Origin: Eledone cirrhosa
Lineage: Eukaryota
Direction: 5' to 3'
Assembly: GCA_964016885.1 (NCBI GenBank)
Contig: OZ024741.1
Span: 58,900,001-58,964,000 of the forward strand
DNA length: 64,000 nt
Every line of letters starts with the position of its first letter. Positions within the stretch are counted from its first letter, which is position 1. The notes beneath the pieces are model-generated. The model ran no database searches, was not told where the DNA came from, and was given only the letters and a program-made list of their open reading frames with translations. Positions 63,581 through 64,000 of this stretch are shown here, piece after piece. The translations under genes were made by a program, and so were the position numbers.

Positions 63581-64000
63581 TTATGAGAAGTAGTATTGAA
63601 GCTAACAGTCTGAATTAGTGATATTTGAATAGTTTAAGTTATTGTGAAGGAATGCTTAATAGTGGAAAAAGTTAATTAGTCAAGAGATGTCTGGAGGTGA
63701 ATATAAGTGTGTCATGGGAAGATATGAGGTGATATCAGCTAAGGGAATGTAACAATTGGGAGCTTCTTACTTACACTTGTGAGCAATAATGATGTTGATA
63801 CTAAAATATTACTGAAGGTTATTAACTTGGTTAGAGATGTTACATCTATAACATTGGTTAATGTTTACACATATGTACACATATATACACATATACATGT
63901 GTATATATGTGTGTGTGTGTCTGTGTGTGTGTAAAATGTTGTGAGAGTAGTGCAAGCCATGTTCAGAGAAGCTGTCAGTAAAGTGGGAATAGGCAGTGAG

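Overview
AT-rich, repeat-saturated animal DNA, most likely an octopus/cephalopod intronic or intergenic region; the species is inferred from the SINE/LINE families and microsatellite density, not confirmed. I found no supportable host-gene exon. The window opens with a ~7.1-kb array of a 57-bp minisatellite. It contains at least six copies of an RTE-clade LINE with (GAT)n tails, one with a long open ORF in which a PHD-type zinc finger sits inside the RT domain, plus tRNA-derived SINEs sharing that LINE's 3' end. There are two Penelope-like elements (RT + GIY-YIG), one near full length with a 69-bp perfect terminal inverted repeat. Also present are non-autonomous Helitrons, TTAA/piggyBac-type MITEs, several long palindromes and many mini/microsatellites. 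The least expected signal is three hand-foldable type I hammerhead ribozyme motifs next to (TA)n tracts, two sharing a U.U pair at the base of stem II and one with a variant CAGAAGA core. Almost all other ORFs in the track are microsatellite or antisense artefacts. Element boundaries were read by eye and are approximate unless a junction is quoted.
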